Positions 1 through 11,342 of a stretch of DNA of 44,116 nt are shown here, in pieces; within the stretch, counting starts at the first letter, position 1, and each line of letters begins with the position of its first letter. Under the pieces are notes generated by a model. It was given only the letters and a program-made list of their open reading frames with translations. It had not been told where the DNA came from and did not search any database. A program made the position numbers and the translations under genes. The DNA lies in assembly GCA_003427395.1 (NCBI GenBank), contig BFEA01000046.1, positions 1,366,573 to 1,410,688 on the forward strand, read 5' to 3'. The stretch is from Chara braunii. Taxonomy: Eukaryota > Plantae > Charophyceae.

Positions 1-796
1 GTGTGTCTGTGGCAGTGATACCAAGAATAGTACGGAGTGCGGGAGGAGACTTATGGGCCTTAAGAGCGCAATAAAGATACGCAATGTGTCAGCATGAGGA
101 TAATTCCAATGATTGTTCCAAAGTGCATGGCTATTCAGAATGTCGGCCGCTGTTTCAGCGGGCCAAGAATACGTAGGACTGTCAACCGTAGGCCGCGGAC
201 AAAAGGACATATATTTCTGCCTATTCACATTCATACATGCTTCCATGCTGTATGTGGCCGCTATATGGTATGTATGTGCCCAGGCTCTCATCCACCCTGA
301 CGCTCTGATCTCCTATCCATTCGTCCAGCCAGCACGGCCATGCACCTAAATGGACGGCCTTTGGTGAGCTGCTACCTCACACCATGGCAATCCTTCTCCA
401 TTGATCAATCATAGACTTTTTTTCCTCCGTCGATGATCTGCCAAAATCCGATCGGACCTGTCCTTCCAGTTTCTGCTAGGACATACTCACACGCGAGGAC
501 TTAAGAGCGAGTGTGGTCATTATAGCAGTACGATACATCCTGCCTGGAGAGTCGAAGAGTGAATATGCCCTTAGAAGTAAAATGATTTTTTTTATAGACT
601 AATACTGTATTACGGGTTTTAGTTGGGATAACAAGACCTTTGCAATATATGGAAATAGTTTAGACCAAATAGAATTAGAGAGCCTTCGAGCAAATACACC
701 ACCTTCTTATTCTTTTCAATGATGTCAGGCCAAACGAAGCCAAGGAGGACAACAACGACGATGAGATGGTGGTTTATGGTGGTGATGTAGAAGCAT

Positions 797-1015
797 CCAC
801 GCCAGTTGATGACGATGACAGAGGAGGAGGAGGAGGAGGAGGAGGAGGCAAAGGAAGAGATCGTGGTGGCAGTGGTAGTGAAGAAAGAAGCAACCCCAGT
901 CGATGACGATGACAGAGGAGAGGAGAAGGATGGAGGAGGAGGAGAAGGGAGTAGGGTGAGGAGGAGATGGTGGAGATGGTGGAGAAAGAACCCACGCCAG
1001 TCAATGACGATGACA
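797..1015. repeat. Low-complexity GAG/GAT-rich tract with three imperfect copies of (CACG)CCAGTYRATGACGATGACA
   Basis: Motif recurs at ~797, ~895 and ~992, separated by (GGA)n runs. The overlapping ORFs are poly-E/S/P noise. Confidence 0.7.
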
Positions 1016-1837
1016 TCTAGATAGAAATGCAAACATTGCGCGGCAGATGGAGAACAGACCGCTGACCACGACGAGCACTTGCACGTCCTTTCTTCCACTC
1101 CTTTTTTTTGCACATCCTTACTTTGCACCTCTTATTTTTCCTCCTAAGGACTTACGTAAAGACTTTTTTTCTCTTACGACTCGACTCATTCCTCGCATTT
1201 TTGTCTACGGGGAAGAGAGGTGACCGCACACAGAGGAGTGAAAGACACTCGCGGTTGAGCCAAAGGGCCTGCTTTCGTTTCGGCAACCCTTACACCTGCT
1301 GTCGCAACCTCTATCGGGCGATTAACGTCGGGATCCGTTTGCCTCCCGACCTTCCTTATTCTTCACATGGAAGGTAGACGAAGAACGAGTTGCACATGAG
1401 CTGGACGAACGAGGAGAGAAGAGCATTCTTTTAGTTTGCTATCCTCGAGTCCGTTCCGTTATGATGATGACTAATAACGGGGAAAAGAGCTCATTATAAC
1501 GGAAAAGAACTAGACATCCTCTTGTTTTTTATCCTCCTGTTTTTTAATGGTGAGATGGATGAATGAATGAGGGTTTTTTTTTTCTCTTTTTTTGGAAAAA
1601 GATCGTATTTAACAAGTGGGTACTTTTGTTACTCAACATGGGCTGGGGACTGTTTAGATCTCATCTAAACTCTGACCAATTGGTGGTCCGCAAAAAGGTT
1701 TGGCGGGTTGACACCTCAACGTTCAGTCAAGAAGCAATCCAATCATGTGAGCATTACCCACTTCTCTCATCAGCTGAATCCTTTATAACCGTGCTAAGTC
1801 GCCATCTCGAGAGCAGACCAGAACAAGTCGGATTTTC

Positions 1838-1932
1838 CCATTTCTCGATTTATGCGTGTAATCCTTGCGCAGGGGCCATGCTAATCTTCTCTTTGCATGC
1901 GTGTAATCCTTGCGCAGGGGCCATGCTAATCT
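1838..1932 (-). pseudogene. U6: Two tandem partial copies of plant-type U6 snRNA (3' half)
   Basis: Reverse complement of 1838-1892 is AGAGAAGATTAGCATGGCCCCTGCGCAAGGATTACACGCATAAATCGAGAAATGG (U6 core plus plant-type 3' end). 1897-1932 repeats the core. The 5' stem-loop and an intact ACAGAGA box are missing. Confidence 0.93.
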
Positions 1933-2740
1933 ATCTAGAATAAGTCGGATTAGCCCAAAGCAATCATAAGCAGCTAGGTTTGCCCAACCCAATCAATAGC
2001 ATATGGGATTCAATCTCAATCCAAACATCTCGGCTTGCCCAGCCCCGATGAATGTAGCACACGTAGGATTTGCCCAACCCGATCTAGAACATGTCATGTC
2101 AGGTTTGCCCAAAATCAAGAACACGCTGGACTTATCCAGTTCAGTTACATTACTATGAACATTCTATTTGGGAAAGCAAAACGAAAGAAGAGAGAAAACA
2201 TTAAACAAAAGGAGGATAGATCGACCGATCCTGAAATCCACGGCAGATATAAGAAAAGGTCAATCATAATGCACGTGATCCAGAGTGGATCAGGTTCATG
2301 CCAGCTCGGCGAACATTACAGGCGCTGGGGCACGACCCCAGAGGTAGTGAACTTGATTTGCTGAGATTTTCTTTCTTTGTAACTAGAGACTTCGGCAGAC
2401 TCATTAAAGCATGTACTGCGTCACCCTAGCACTTTCTCGGCTGATCTCGCCGAAATAATGGTCAAATACGTGTAAAAAACTTGTAATGTGAACATGCCAT
2501 ACGGTAAAAGATGTTGACCCCCACATAGACTGCTAAGGATCCATCTCGAATGGTGATTAAACCCACCACTATCCCCTTTTAAAAAAAGGAAAAATCGAGC
2601 CAACGCCTGCAGACAAAAGATCGATCTCTGGCCGTCGGATCATTAATCCAACAGATCCAAAAAGGACGATCCTCCCGGTGATGAGGGGTCGTAAAAGCAG
2701 CGGTGGTTTAATTTAATAAAACTAAAGGCGAACGTTACAC

Positions 2741-2879
2741 CAAGCACACAGTTCCGTCTGGTCCCGGTTCAAGGTTAGGACCAAGTGCACCCCCAAAACA
2801 CAGAGACAGTGGTGGTTCAAACTTTAGCAAGCACAGTTCCATCCGGTCCTGTTCAAGGTTGGGATCAAGTACACCCCCA
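2741..2879. repeat. Imperfect direct repeat, two ~52-55 bp units (2741-2795, 2828-2879)
   Basis: CAAGCACA(CA)GTTCCRTCYGGTCCYGTTCAAGGTT...CAAGTRCACCCCCA occurs twice. Confidence 0.8.
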
Positions 2880-3605
2880 TTGCACACACAATCAAAGTGA
2901 GATACAACCATGCAAAGGGGTCGTGGTAGAGGGTCCTGTTAACCACCCTTCCAAACACAAAATCAGAAAAGACAAACCATCGAAACGGCAGATTTCGTGT
3001 CGTTTTGCTTGCGGATTTTAACGAACGAAGCGATCCGATCTTATCCAGTTTACAGTTTTTACACACTTCGCATTCACATGATAAGGACGATCTGATACAA
3101 GAATAGGGCCATCAGGCCACTAGCAAAGAAAGAAAGAAGCGAGAGCAACGAGAGGAACGATAGGAGGAAGAGAGGAGGAAAGAGAGCCTTGGTAACTAGA
3201 GACAAACACCGAATATAAAAACCGCGACAGAGAGAGAAGAAGGAGAAACAAGGAAGAGGGCGTAAGAGGACGACAAGAAAAAGAGTGGTAACAAGATGTG
3301 GCCCCGAGATGTAGGAAACTGCGAGATCGACTCTGAGAAAACAACATCGACGCAAAGACGGAGAGAGAGAGAGATACGTAACAAGAGAGAGAGAGAGAGA
3401 GACGTAACAGAAGGAGGAGAGAGAGAGAGAAACGGCGATGATTGACTCAGGAAAGGTCAACCTCTCACCTGTATAATGGGGTACGATACCTGTCCATCGT
3501 TCCGTAGTGTGAACTTAAGAAACAAGAAAGACAGCGAGAGAGAGAGAGAAAGAGAGAAAGAGAAAGAGAAGGCGATGAGTGATTGAGGGAATGTTAACTT
3601 CTCAC

Positions 3606-4793
3606 CTGCATGATGGGGGACACCATCTGGCCATCCTCCCATAGTGTGAACTCTTCTCCGTGCGATATCCCGACAAGAGGCGAGAAGCGAGCAACATCAT
3701 CCGGCGGGAAATCTTGGGGAAAGTTCCACGAGTTCCAATTGCTAGTAATGCTCACAGCGAATCTTTGTTCCCCGATACATTTCTTGTACTGCTGAGGTGG
3801 CACCGACTCTTGCCTCAAATCTTCTCCCAGATACCGACCTTCGTCTCCTTCAGTAAACGACGAACGTATTCTCTCTCCTACTTCTCCTGCTCCCTCTCCT
3901 TCTGCATTTACTTGAGAGAACAAACCAGGTCTTGCTCGGGGAGATAGTCGGGAAATCCACGATGTGGGGAACTGCGAGATCGACTCTGACTCCGCTTCTC
4001 CAGCATCTAACGTGTCCTTGCTGATCACTCGCTCATCATCAGAGAACTGCGTGGCATCCGTCTCTGATGAGCCCCATCCACTGGATGTGTGTCTAAGTAG
4101 TGCGTCCTTGTCAAAGCTCTGAAGTCTCCGAATTCGGGATCCAGATTCTCTTGACAATGCATACCGACGAACACCAACGCCAGACCGCTCTGCCAAGCGG
4201 TTAGATTCCCCTCTCAGCTCAATGACAGCATTTGCTTGATCCAAAAAACCGACCATTCGCGTGCCTGATGCGTCAGACGATGATAACGATGACGGCTTAA
4301 CGAGCTCCCGGCATGGACTACCACCCTTATCACCACCTACACCACTTTTTCTCCCTACACATCCACTCTGACAACAATTACTCCTACGACTCCTACTGCT
4401 ACTGCGGAGTTGACATCCCTCTCTCGTCTCGAGACCCTTCGATCTTCGGTCAACGACGACATTACTGACATCTCCCCTCAATCCCACGGTTAAGGAGTAG
4501 GTTTGGCCGGGGGGGGTTGAACCCGATTGTGGATACGCAGGTGGACCGGATTGTGGATCGGACTCAGGTTCGGATTGTGGATCTAATCGCGGGTCGGATT
4601 CGGGTCCGGATTGTGGATCGGATTGTGGATAAGACAGGGGATGGAATTGTGAATCTGAACGTGGACCGGATTGCCGATCGGATTGCACATCAAATAGCAC
4701 AAGTCCGTCACAGATCACCAAGAATCCTACAATTGTGCAAAGAAACAGAAAGAACTGCACATCGCAGTTGAACGATTTAGTTCGCTTCGCCAT
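3606..4793 (-). CDS. Large coding exon of a secreted or type II membrane protein with a PQSD/PQSG repeat linker and the N-terminal part of a Spondin_N domain; remaining exons not found in the window
   Basis: Uninterrupted 443-codon ORF. ATG at 4793 (alternative 4886) is followed by hydrophobic FFLFLCTIVGFLVICDG. The C-terminal CIGEQRFAVSITSNWNSWNFPQDFP...FSPLVGISHGEEFTLWEDGQMVSPIMQ follows the F-spondin/mindin pattern (Y/F-x-hydrophobic...W-x4-P-x2-Y/F-P...W/F-S-x-LxG-x2-H...W-x2-G). It ends at a phase-0 donor CAG|GTGAGA (3606/3605). Confidence 0.75.
4523..4688 (-). repeat. Coding 12-bp tandem repeat (GGATTGTGGATC-like on +) encoding PQSD/PQSG/PESD tetrapeptides
   Basis: About 13 degenerate in-frame 12-bp units within the exon. 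Confidence 0.85.
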
Positions 4794-5528
4794 CTCAAGC
4801 CTTAACTCAGAAACACAAGCAATGACACGACGAGCACCGTTATGGCCCAAAGAAGTGCTTTTTGCTAGTCTCCACAGACCCGCCATTACAGATCGTGGTG
4901 GCCCCCGCCAGAAGGGGACGAACAATTCCTTGTCAGCTTCGCTGGAGTCAGCCAGAGATTGGATCCCTGTAGACGTCTGTCTTCCTCACTCGATCGCGTC
5001 CTAGTAACCATAGTCATCACCTGCGCAGCTGGATTGGGTTGCGACCAGCGTTCCGCATCAAAAGCCACAGAAAGGCACGTTCGTTAGCGTCCGTTAGCCA
5101 TCCACATCAAGCCGAACACGTTCTTTCTGCTTCTAACTGAGTAATTTATCTCGATCATTGTCGTGTTACCTGTTAAGGTTTAAAATTGTGATGAAGCAGA
5201 AGAAAAAGAAGGAGAAGACGGAGAACAATAATAGTGAAAACAGTGGCCATAAACTGCTCCTCGCACATGCTTCAACAGAAAAGAGCAAGACAACTCCGCA
5301 TGCACCGTTCTCAGTAGAAACGAAGAAAGACGAGAACGCGGGGTGGGGGTAGGGATGGGGGAGGAGAGGAGGAGGAAGAGGAGGAGAAGAAGAGTGACAA
5401 GCAGTGGCCAAGGCTGCTATGGCACAAGCTCCTCATGAAGTAGCACTGAACTCCGCATGTACAATTCCCAGCACGCGCACATGTCCTCAAAGCGTTTCAA
5501 CCAGGTGCGCTCCAGGTCTCGTTTGTGG

Positions 5529-5530
<2 letters not shown>

Positions 5531-5622
<92 letters not shown>

Positions 5623-5710
5623 CCAGTCCTTCGGAAAAAGGACAAGAAAGACAAGAACAAGAAGAGGAAGAAGAGGAAGAAGAGGAAGAAGAGGAAGAAC
5701 ACGAAGAAGA
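5531..5710. repeat. Compound microsatellite (TC)n(CA)n followed by (GAAGAGGAA)n
   Basis: Seen directly. Confidence 0.97.
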
Positions 5711-6798
5711 GTAGTCACAAGCAATGACCAAGTTCCTTTCACACACGCACTGCTTAAACACACTGCACAACCCGAGTTTTATCTGGTTCTAGTATGCGAG
5801 ACGAAGAAGAAAAGAACGAGGAGGAGGAAGCGGGACCAGTGGACCTCTCGCATACACACGTTGGAGGTATTTCATCGATATGCTTCGCAAAACGATTTGT
5901 TATCCCCGCTCATATCTCGACGAGATCGGTAAAACCCTTTTTTCCTCCCTCGTCCCACTCTTCCAGCACCACCTCGAAATCAATAACTAACTACTTGCCT
6001 CGCTCATCATCGGATCCTCCCCTTTTTCACCTCCACTCGCACTTCTGCCTCTGCGTCGTGACTCCTAGTCCGCCTGTCCTCGTCATGTCCTTCCCGGTCA
6101 TCCAGGGGCGAGGTAACACGTTCCTGCATTCTTCGCCCCATATCTTCCCTACCGAAATGCAGCATGGTTACCGTCAGATGGGGCAAACCTACGGCCATAA
6201 GTGACAAATCCAGGTAATCGGGAGCTCGGCCCATATCTTCCCTACCGAAATTTTCTCCTATGTCGTCCTTCTTTTCTTTTCTTTTCTTTTCTTTTGGCCA
6301 GGCGAATTTTGGTGTAAAAGCTTTGTAAAAAGACAAAAAGCACCAGGGAGATAAAGCGGAGAAAAAGAAAACCTGGACCTCACCCTTCACCGTCCGACCA
6401 TTCGCAAAGGCGCCTTCAACTGGATGCTGGTGACCATGTGAGAGAGCTTTCAGAAAGCTCTCGCCACGGAACGCTGCCCCCATATCTACCACAGCGACGA
6501 ACGCAAAGTGAGCTGACCAGTGTATAGACTTTCTGGGAGTGGGAGACTCGCACCAAGATCATGCGGTCGCATCATCACCGACACTAGTGACACCGTTCTC
6601 GACACGGCCATTACTTCTTGCAGCAACAAGGGGTGTTGGCAAGATGGGAGCCGATAAGAGAGGCACTGCAGGGCCCTTTTATGCTGCAACTCCGAAGAAA
6701 GAGGCACTGCAGGGCTGAATTCCACATGCATGGATGCCCGTAGCACCATTATAATAGTAATAGGAAGACATTCACCAGCATACCTAAGAAGCGAAGCA

Positions 6799-6898
6799 AT
6801 GAGTATGAGTTCTCAAAAGCATCCTTATCATTTAGCTGATCCAAGTCCATGGCTTATTTTTGGTCCACTCTGAGCTTTGGCGAGTACTATTGGTAGTG
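6799..6898 (+). pseudogene. cox3: NUMT: 5' fragment of mitochondrial cox3
   Basis: Translates as MSMSSQKHPYHLADPSPWLIFGPL*ALASTIGS, matching the COX3 N-terminal H-x-Y/F-H-L-V-D-P-S-P-W-P motif. In-frame TGA at 6871-6873 where Gly is expected. Similarity ends after ~100 bp. Confidence 0.9.
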
Positions 6899-7779
6899 CA
6901 TGCCCATAGAAAAAGCCATAAGGTTAATGTTGTGGATAATGACAAGAAGCTATGGAAACCAAAAGGTAGGGAGCCAGGGCAAGCAGCCGGTAGGGAGATG
7001 TCGCAATCGCGTTCATAATCCAAAAGGCTAGCGATCAACGATCCCCTACTTGCGAGCTCGTCCACAAGTGCTGGCAGTTCAGCAAACTGGTGATATCTGC
7101 TCTCTAATGTCCCTCCTGAGACAAGCCAAGAACTAGCAGTTATTTGCAGCACCTTCGAACACCAGCATTGGGGTTGTTTGCATCCCTAGAAAAGAGAACT
7201 CACACCAAGACTTGAACCCATCCCTTAGGAAGAATTCACACCAAGGACTTTACCTGCTGACGAACATAAACATACCTTCCTGTGCTGTGCTGTGCTGTGC
7301 TGTGCTGTACTATTTGTTCTCCCCGAATCGAATGTACGGTGATTATAGCTGTATTTTGGGCAACTTTCACTCTAGAAACAGCGATCATTATCTGTACATT
7401 CTATTCGCGGGAAGAGACGGTAATCTCCTCATCTTCCCAAATACCCGAAAGACGACATGCATGCAAAGCAAGCGAAAAGGCTCAGGAGTGGATTGCTGGA
7501 CAAATCGGCGGCTCGTCATGTCAGACAGGCCACTCTGCTGCCGGAACTCGCCCTAACACAATCGGCGCACATCCGTGGTTTACGGTAGATCACCCGGACT
7601 TTTTCAACTCGGAGGCGCGACAGTAAAAAGCAGTCAGATACATTCGGCAAACTCCCAGCGTGAGTATCCCCATTAGTGAAGGAAGACAAAGCTCACAAAT
7701 CAAATCAAGGAACAACAAGCACCTTTGAACTGTGTCGTTCGATGAGCACTCGTTGAACCTTTCAGTTCAAGAAGAAATC

Positions 7780-8019
7780 AGCATCCTACAGGATTTGGAC
7801 CTGTGGCCTTCAGCTTGGAAGGTTGTTTTTGCTCAGAACGCGCGCCCTCGCCTGTCCAACGACAGACATGGTTATCCTGCGTATGGTGGTGAGAATGTTG
7901 CATCCTCTTGACACCGCCCAAGGTTCATCAAGCATGCAGAAGGTATGACCTTCAACTTCTGAATTCAAGAAGAATTTAGCAGGATTTGAACCTGTGACCT
8001 TCAGCTTAGAAGGTCGTTG
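7780..8019 (-). pseudogene. trnR-UCU: Two 3'-half fragments of an organellar-type tRNA-Arg(UCU) within a ~200-bp imperfect tandem duplication (7780-7834, 7980-8019)
   Basis: Reverse complements: CAACGACCTTCTAAGCTGAAGGTCACAGGTTCAAATCCTG (TCT anticodon, T-arm) and ACAACCTTCCAAGCTGAAGGCCACAGGTCCAAATCCTGTAGGATGCT. No 5' acceptor strand or complete D arm. Confidence 0.7.
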
Positions 8020-9365
8020 TCACTCAGAACACACCCTCTTGACAGAGCCCAAGGTTCAAGCATGAAAGAATATAAGACAGCGGATGTCCATGCCAACAAC
8101 CCTCTGCGATTCTTTCCCGTCCTTCCGAGGCTTCGATTGACTTCTGTTTGGTTTGCGTCTGGTGCGTGTCCTTCACCCCCCCCTCCAACTTCTCCCCTAC
8201 CCGGCCCCTGCTGTTCTCTTCGCTCACCGCAAGCCCCATACAATTACATTATCCTCACTCCTGGTGATCCTCCATCTTCAGATCCATGACATTATTTCCC
8301 CCAAAGAATGAACACGTACGAAGCGGTGCCGCGAGGCCCTTCCTTTATCATGCTCCCTTGAGCCCACACGTGATTCTGTACAGCCATGACCAGATCATAA
8401 AGGAGAAGGACCTGACAAAATTGCAAGAGTTGGGCCGGGCGCGGAGGAGGAGGAGGAGGAAGGGGACGACAGACCGTGGAGGAGAGCAGGACGGTAACAA
8501 ACACGGAGGAGGAGGGGGAGGACGAGGAGGACGACAGGGATAGAAGAGAGAAAGTGAAGACGAAGGTCGAGCTTACCTATGGGGTGACTGCTGCAAGCAG
8601 AGGAGGAACAGGAGGCGGCGACAAATAATTCGTGGACGGACAAAGACGAGCTGTTGAAGCTAGTGCGACCTTTTCGCTTCTTTTTCTTTTTGGCTTCGTT
8701 TCCTCAGTATTTAATTTAATGTCGGTGATTTTTTCCCCCCAGGAAAGGGGGAAAAAAAAAGGGACAACAAAAAACAAAAAAAACTTACCAAGGGGGATTC
8801 GGCGGGGAGCTGCAACTCACTCTCATTGCTTTTCCCAAAAAAAAAAAGAGCTCACTGTCACAATGGGCCTCGTTCCACTACCATCACCATCACCGCCACT
8901 GACTTTCCGGCCTCTACCACCACCATCACCGGGCTCCCGAAGCACGGCAGCTCTAACAACAGCGTGTGCGGTACCTTGAAGTGGCGGGATCGGGGAAAAA
9001 GGAAGGCGAGGATGTGCGGAAGCGACAAGGAATTGGCGGGATCGGCAAATTACGAAAGGCGTCCGCGCCCATGGACTGGCGCGCGAGCCCTCGCCCCCCG
9101 CATGCCATCGAATGTGTGACTGTTGACGGCGGGAAACGCACGCCCTTCTGCATCTGTGTTTACCGCCTGAATTTTTTGCACCTCGTCCAGATTCAGAGGC
9201 ATATTCCAATCCTCTTTGTTAGTGGGATCTGGCCCTAATCTCGGTCCGCTACTCTCATATCTTTTTTCTTTTCTTTTTTTCTCTTTTTTTTTCTTTTTTC
9301 ATAACAACCACTCTTATATTTAAACTCAAAAACAATAGAGGCCGGGGACCTCACAATTTAACCCA

Positions 9366-9875
9366 TCCAGCGGCCTAGGTCAGTTGGTTAGGCATGCAAG
9401 TGGCATTCAGGAGGTTGTGGGTTCAAGCCCCATGGTTGCCTGCGGCGCACTTAGTGCCAACGGACTGTGATAGTCCTCTGGATACCCCTGATCGGTATTA
9501 GTGTGGTCCATGACCAACACGGGTGTGAGTGAGCGTGTGAGTGAGCGCGAGTGGGTTGTGTGTGGTGTGTGGGAGAGCGTTGGCCATAGCCCCTGCTGCT
9601 ACTCGATGAAGGGTGGGGGACGATGAGAAAGGGAGGCACAGCTACTGGCAGGTCTCGGTCTTTGTGTTAGCCAGACCCCCACTGGCGGCCCCAACCCTAT
9701 ACCCTAACCATTAGGGGCAAGGGGCAACATGAAATCTCCCCTTCACAGAGAGAGGAAAAAGTATGCTGCAGGGGTCCCCTCTAGATAGTCTTAGGAGTAG
9801 GTAGTGGAAGGCAAAACAAATAGAAGTTGANANAAAAANATANNNANNAAAAAAAAAAAAAAAAAAAAAAAAAAA
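9366..9875 (+). mobile_element. tRNA-derived SINE-like element with poly(A) tail
   Basis: A box TAGGTCAGTTGG (9376) and B box GGTTCAAGCCC (9420). T stem GTGGG/CCCAT and acceptor-like GCGGCC/GGTTGC pair, but the anticodon arm does not. A-tail at ~9830-9875 contains Ns. Weak TSD-like ACAATTYAAC on both sides. Confidence 0.7.
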
Positions 9876-10169
9876 GGACAATTCAACGCGGAGTTATCCC
9901 GCCAACGTCAGCCGGTTTAGCTTATCCAGTAGCCGGTCGTCCCACCCAGCTAAAGCTTACCCACTAAACATCTCCAGCTAACCTGCACTACTTCCTAACC
10001 TGATACTACCTTCCTACCAGGGACTAGCACTTCCTCATGTAACAATGCCCACTTTCTTATTCGTTCCCAATTCGTTCCCAACTCTGGCCTTCTCTTCATA
10101 TGCTCTCATTTCATACATTTCTTCAACTCCTCTAAGATGTTGTAGAGGATGTTGTATTCGCCTACTCCT

Positions 10170-11342
10170 TTTTTTTTTTTTTTTTTTTTAATCTCAAAAG
10201 TCCACGATGTTGTAGAGGCTGATTACCAGACACACAGGGATCACCGGGAGCGATGAGCCTTCGCAGTCCTAAGATACGAGATCACCTCCCACCCTACCAC
10301 TCATCAATACTCCCAGCGTACCCCCTAACCCAACTATCTTACCTCATTGTAACCCACTCAGGACCATCACCCAACCACTACGTGGGTGACTTGGACCAGA
10401 CAGTAGTGATAGACACCAAGGCTAGCTATTACCCCAGCCCCAGTGGAAGCGAAATCGGACAGGCCTCGTTGTACGGGAACTCCGGACGCTAGGCACCACT
10501 ATATTCTACCAACCTCGTATCCTTATTGTAGAGATCATAGACCCGTGGGTTTTATTTTCGGGGACAGCTAACTAGCAGTCAGTACCCCAACCACACAGCC
10601 TACCATCCTTCCCCTAGCTTACCCAAGGCCAGGCGGAACTCAGACTGACAGTCCTACCGTCCTTCCCCTAGCTTGCCCCTATCTTGGCTAGGTGGAACTC
10701 AGACCTGCAGGGGTAACTACCGTACTCTATACCCTAGAGTCTAAGTTTATTCTACCCCTCCCACAGTCCAACTGTAGATGCATCTAAGCCCTTAGGCCAT
10801 ATGTATATGCTCAGGAAGCCATGAATGTAGGCTATTTATGACGTATATGTATATATCCAGAAGCCAGTTGTATACCCGAAGGCAGTATGAATTATATATG
10901 GGGCCGAAGGCCATATGTCAGCACTATATGTGTGTTGAGAATACGATGCATAATGGGCTAGACTGAACAGACCCCCCCAAAGTCTGTGACCAAGCTCGAA
11001 CCCGTGACCTGTGAAATGTAACTGGAAGACTCAACCGTATGCACAACAATCGGAAATAGCACGTGTGTGTGGTATATCAGACCGGGGAGGAGAATAGAAC
11101 GACCAATACCAACACCCCGAGCAAGCCCTGCAAAACCCAGAACCAGCATACAACACCCGGGACTTGATCCCCTGACCAATACAGACAGGCTCTGTAATCA
11201 TAACCATGTAGTGGTCAGAGTCGTGCGTCATTCTAACGCCCTGTCGGTGTCCATGCGCAAGGCTGCAGATTTGAACCCACAACCTCATACCACAATGCAC
11301 ATTTCCAACCGGTGCTCTAACCACTGAGCTACATCAACTGGA
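10170..11342 (-). mobile_element. ~1.17-kb tRNA-derived SINE-like element with poly(A) tail and 8-bp TSD
   Basis: Head on - strand: TCCAGTTGATGTAGCTCAGTGGTTAGAGC...GAGGTTGTGGGTTCAAATC (A box, D stem GCTC/GAGC, B box). T-run at 10169-10189 is poly(A) on -. CTACTCCT flanks both ends (10162-10169, 11343-11350). Internal ~55-bp tandem pair at ~10597-10705. Confidence 0.7.

Noticed and set aside
410-485. VLAETG... on the - strand as the next Spondin_N exon
   Set aside because: No AG acceptor at the required position, and the frame stops after ~25 codons without further spondin motifs.
5158-6204. Poly-E/K/R/SL/HT ORFs (also 619-1128, 8286-8643, 33162-33558, 43295-44019)
   Set aside because: Translations of microsatellite and low-complexity DNA that are open in several frames.
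9369-9441. Functional tRNA gene (apparent GGC anticodon)
   Set aside because: Anticodon stem unpaired, D stem weak and no oligo-T terminator. It continues into a body with a poly(A) tail.
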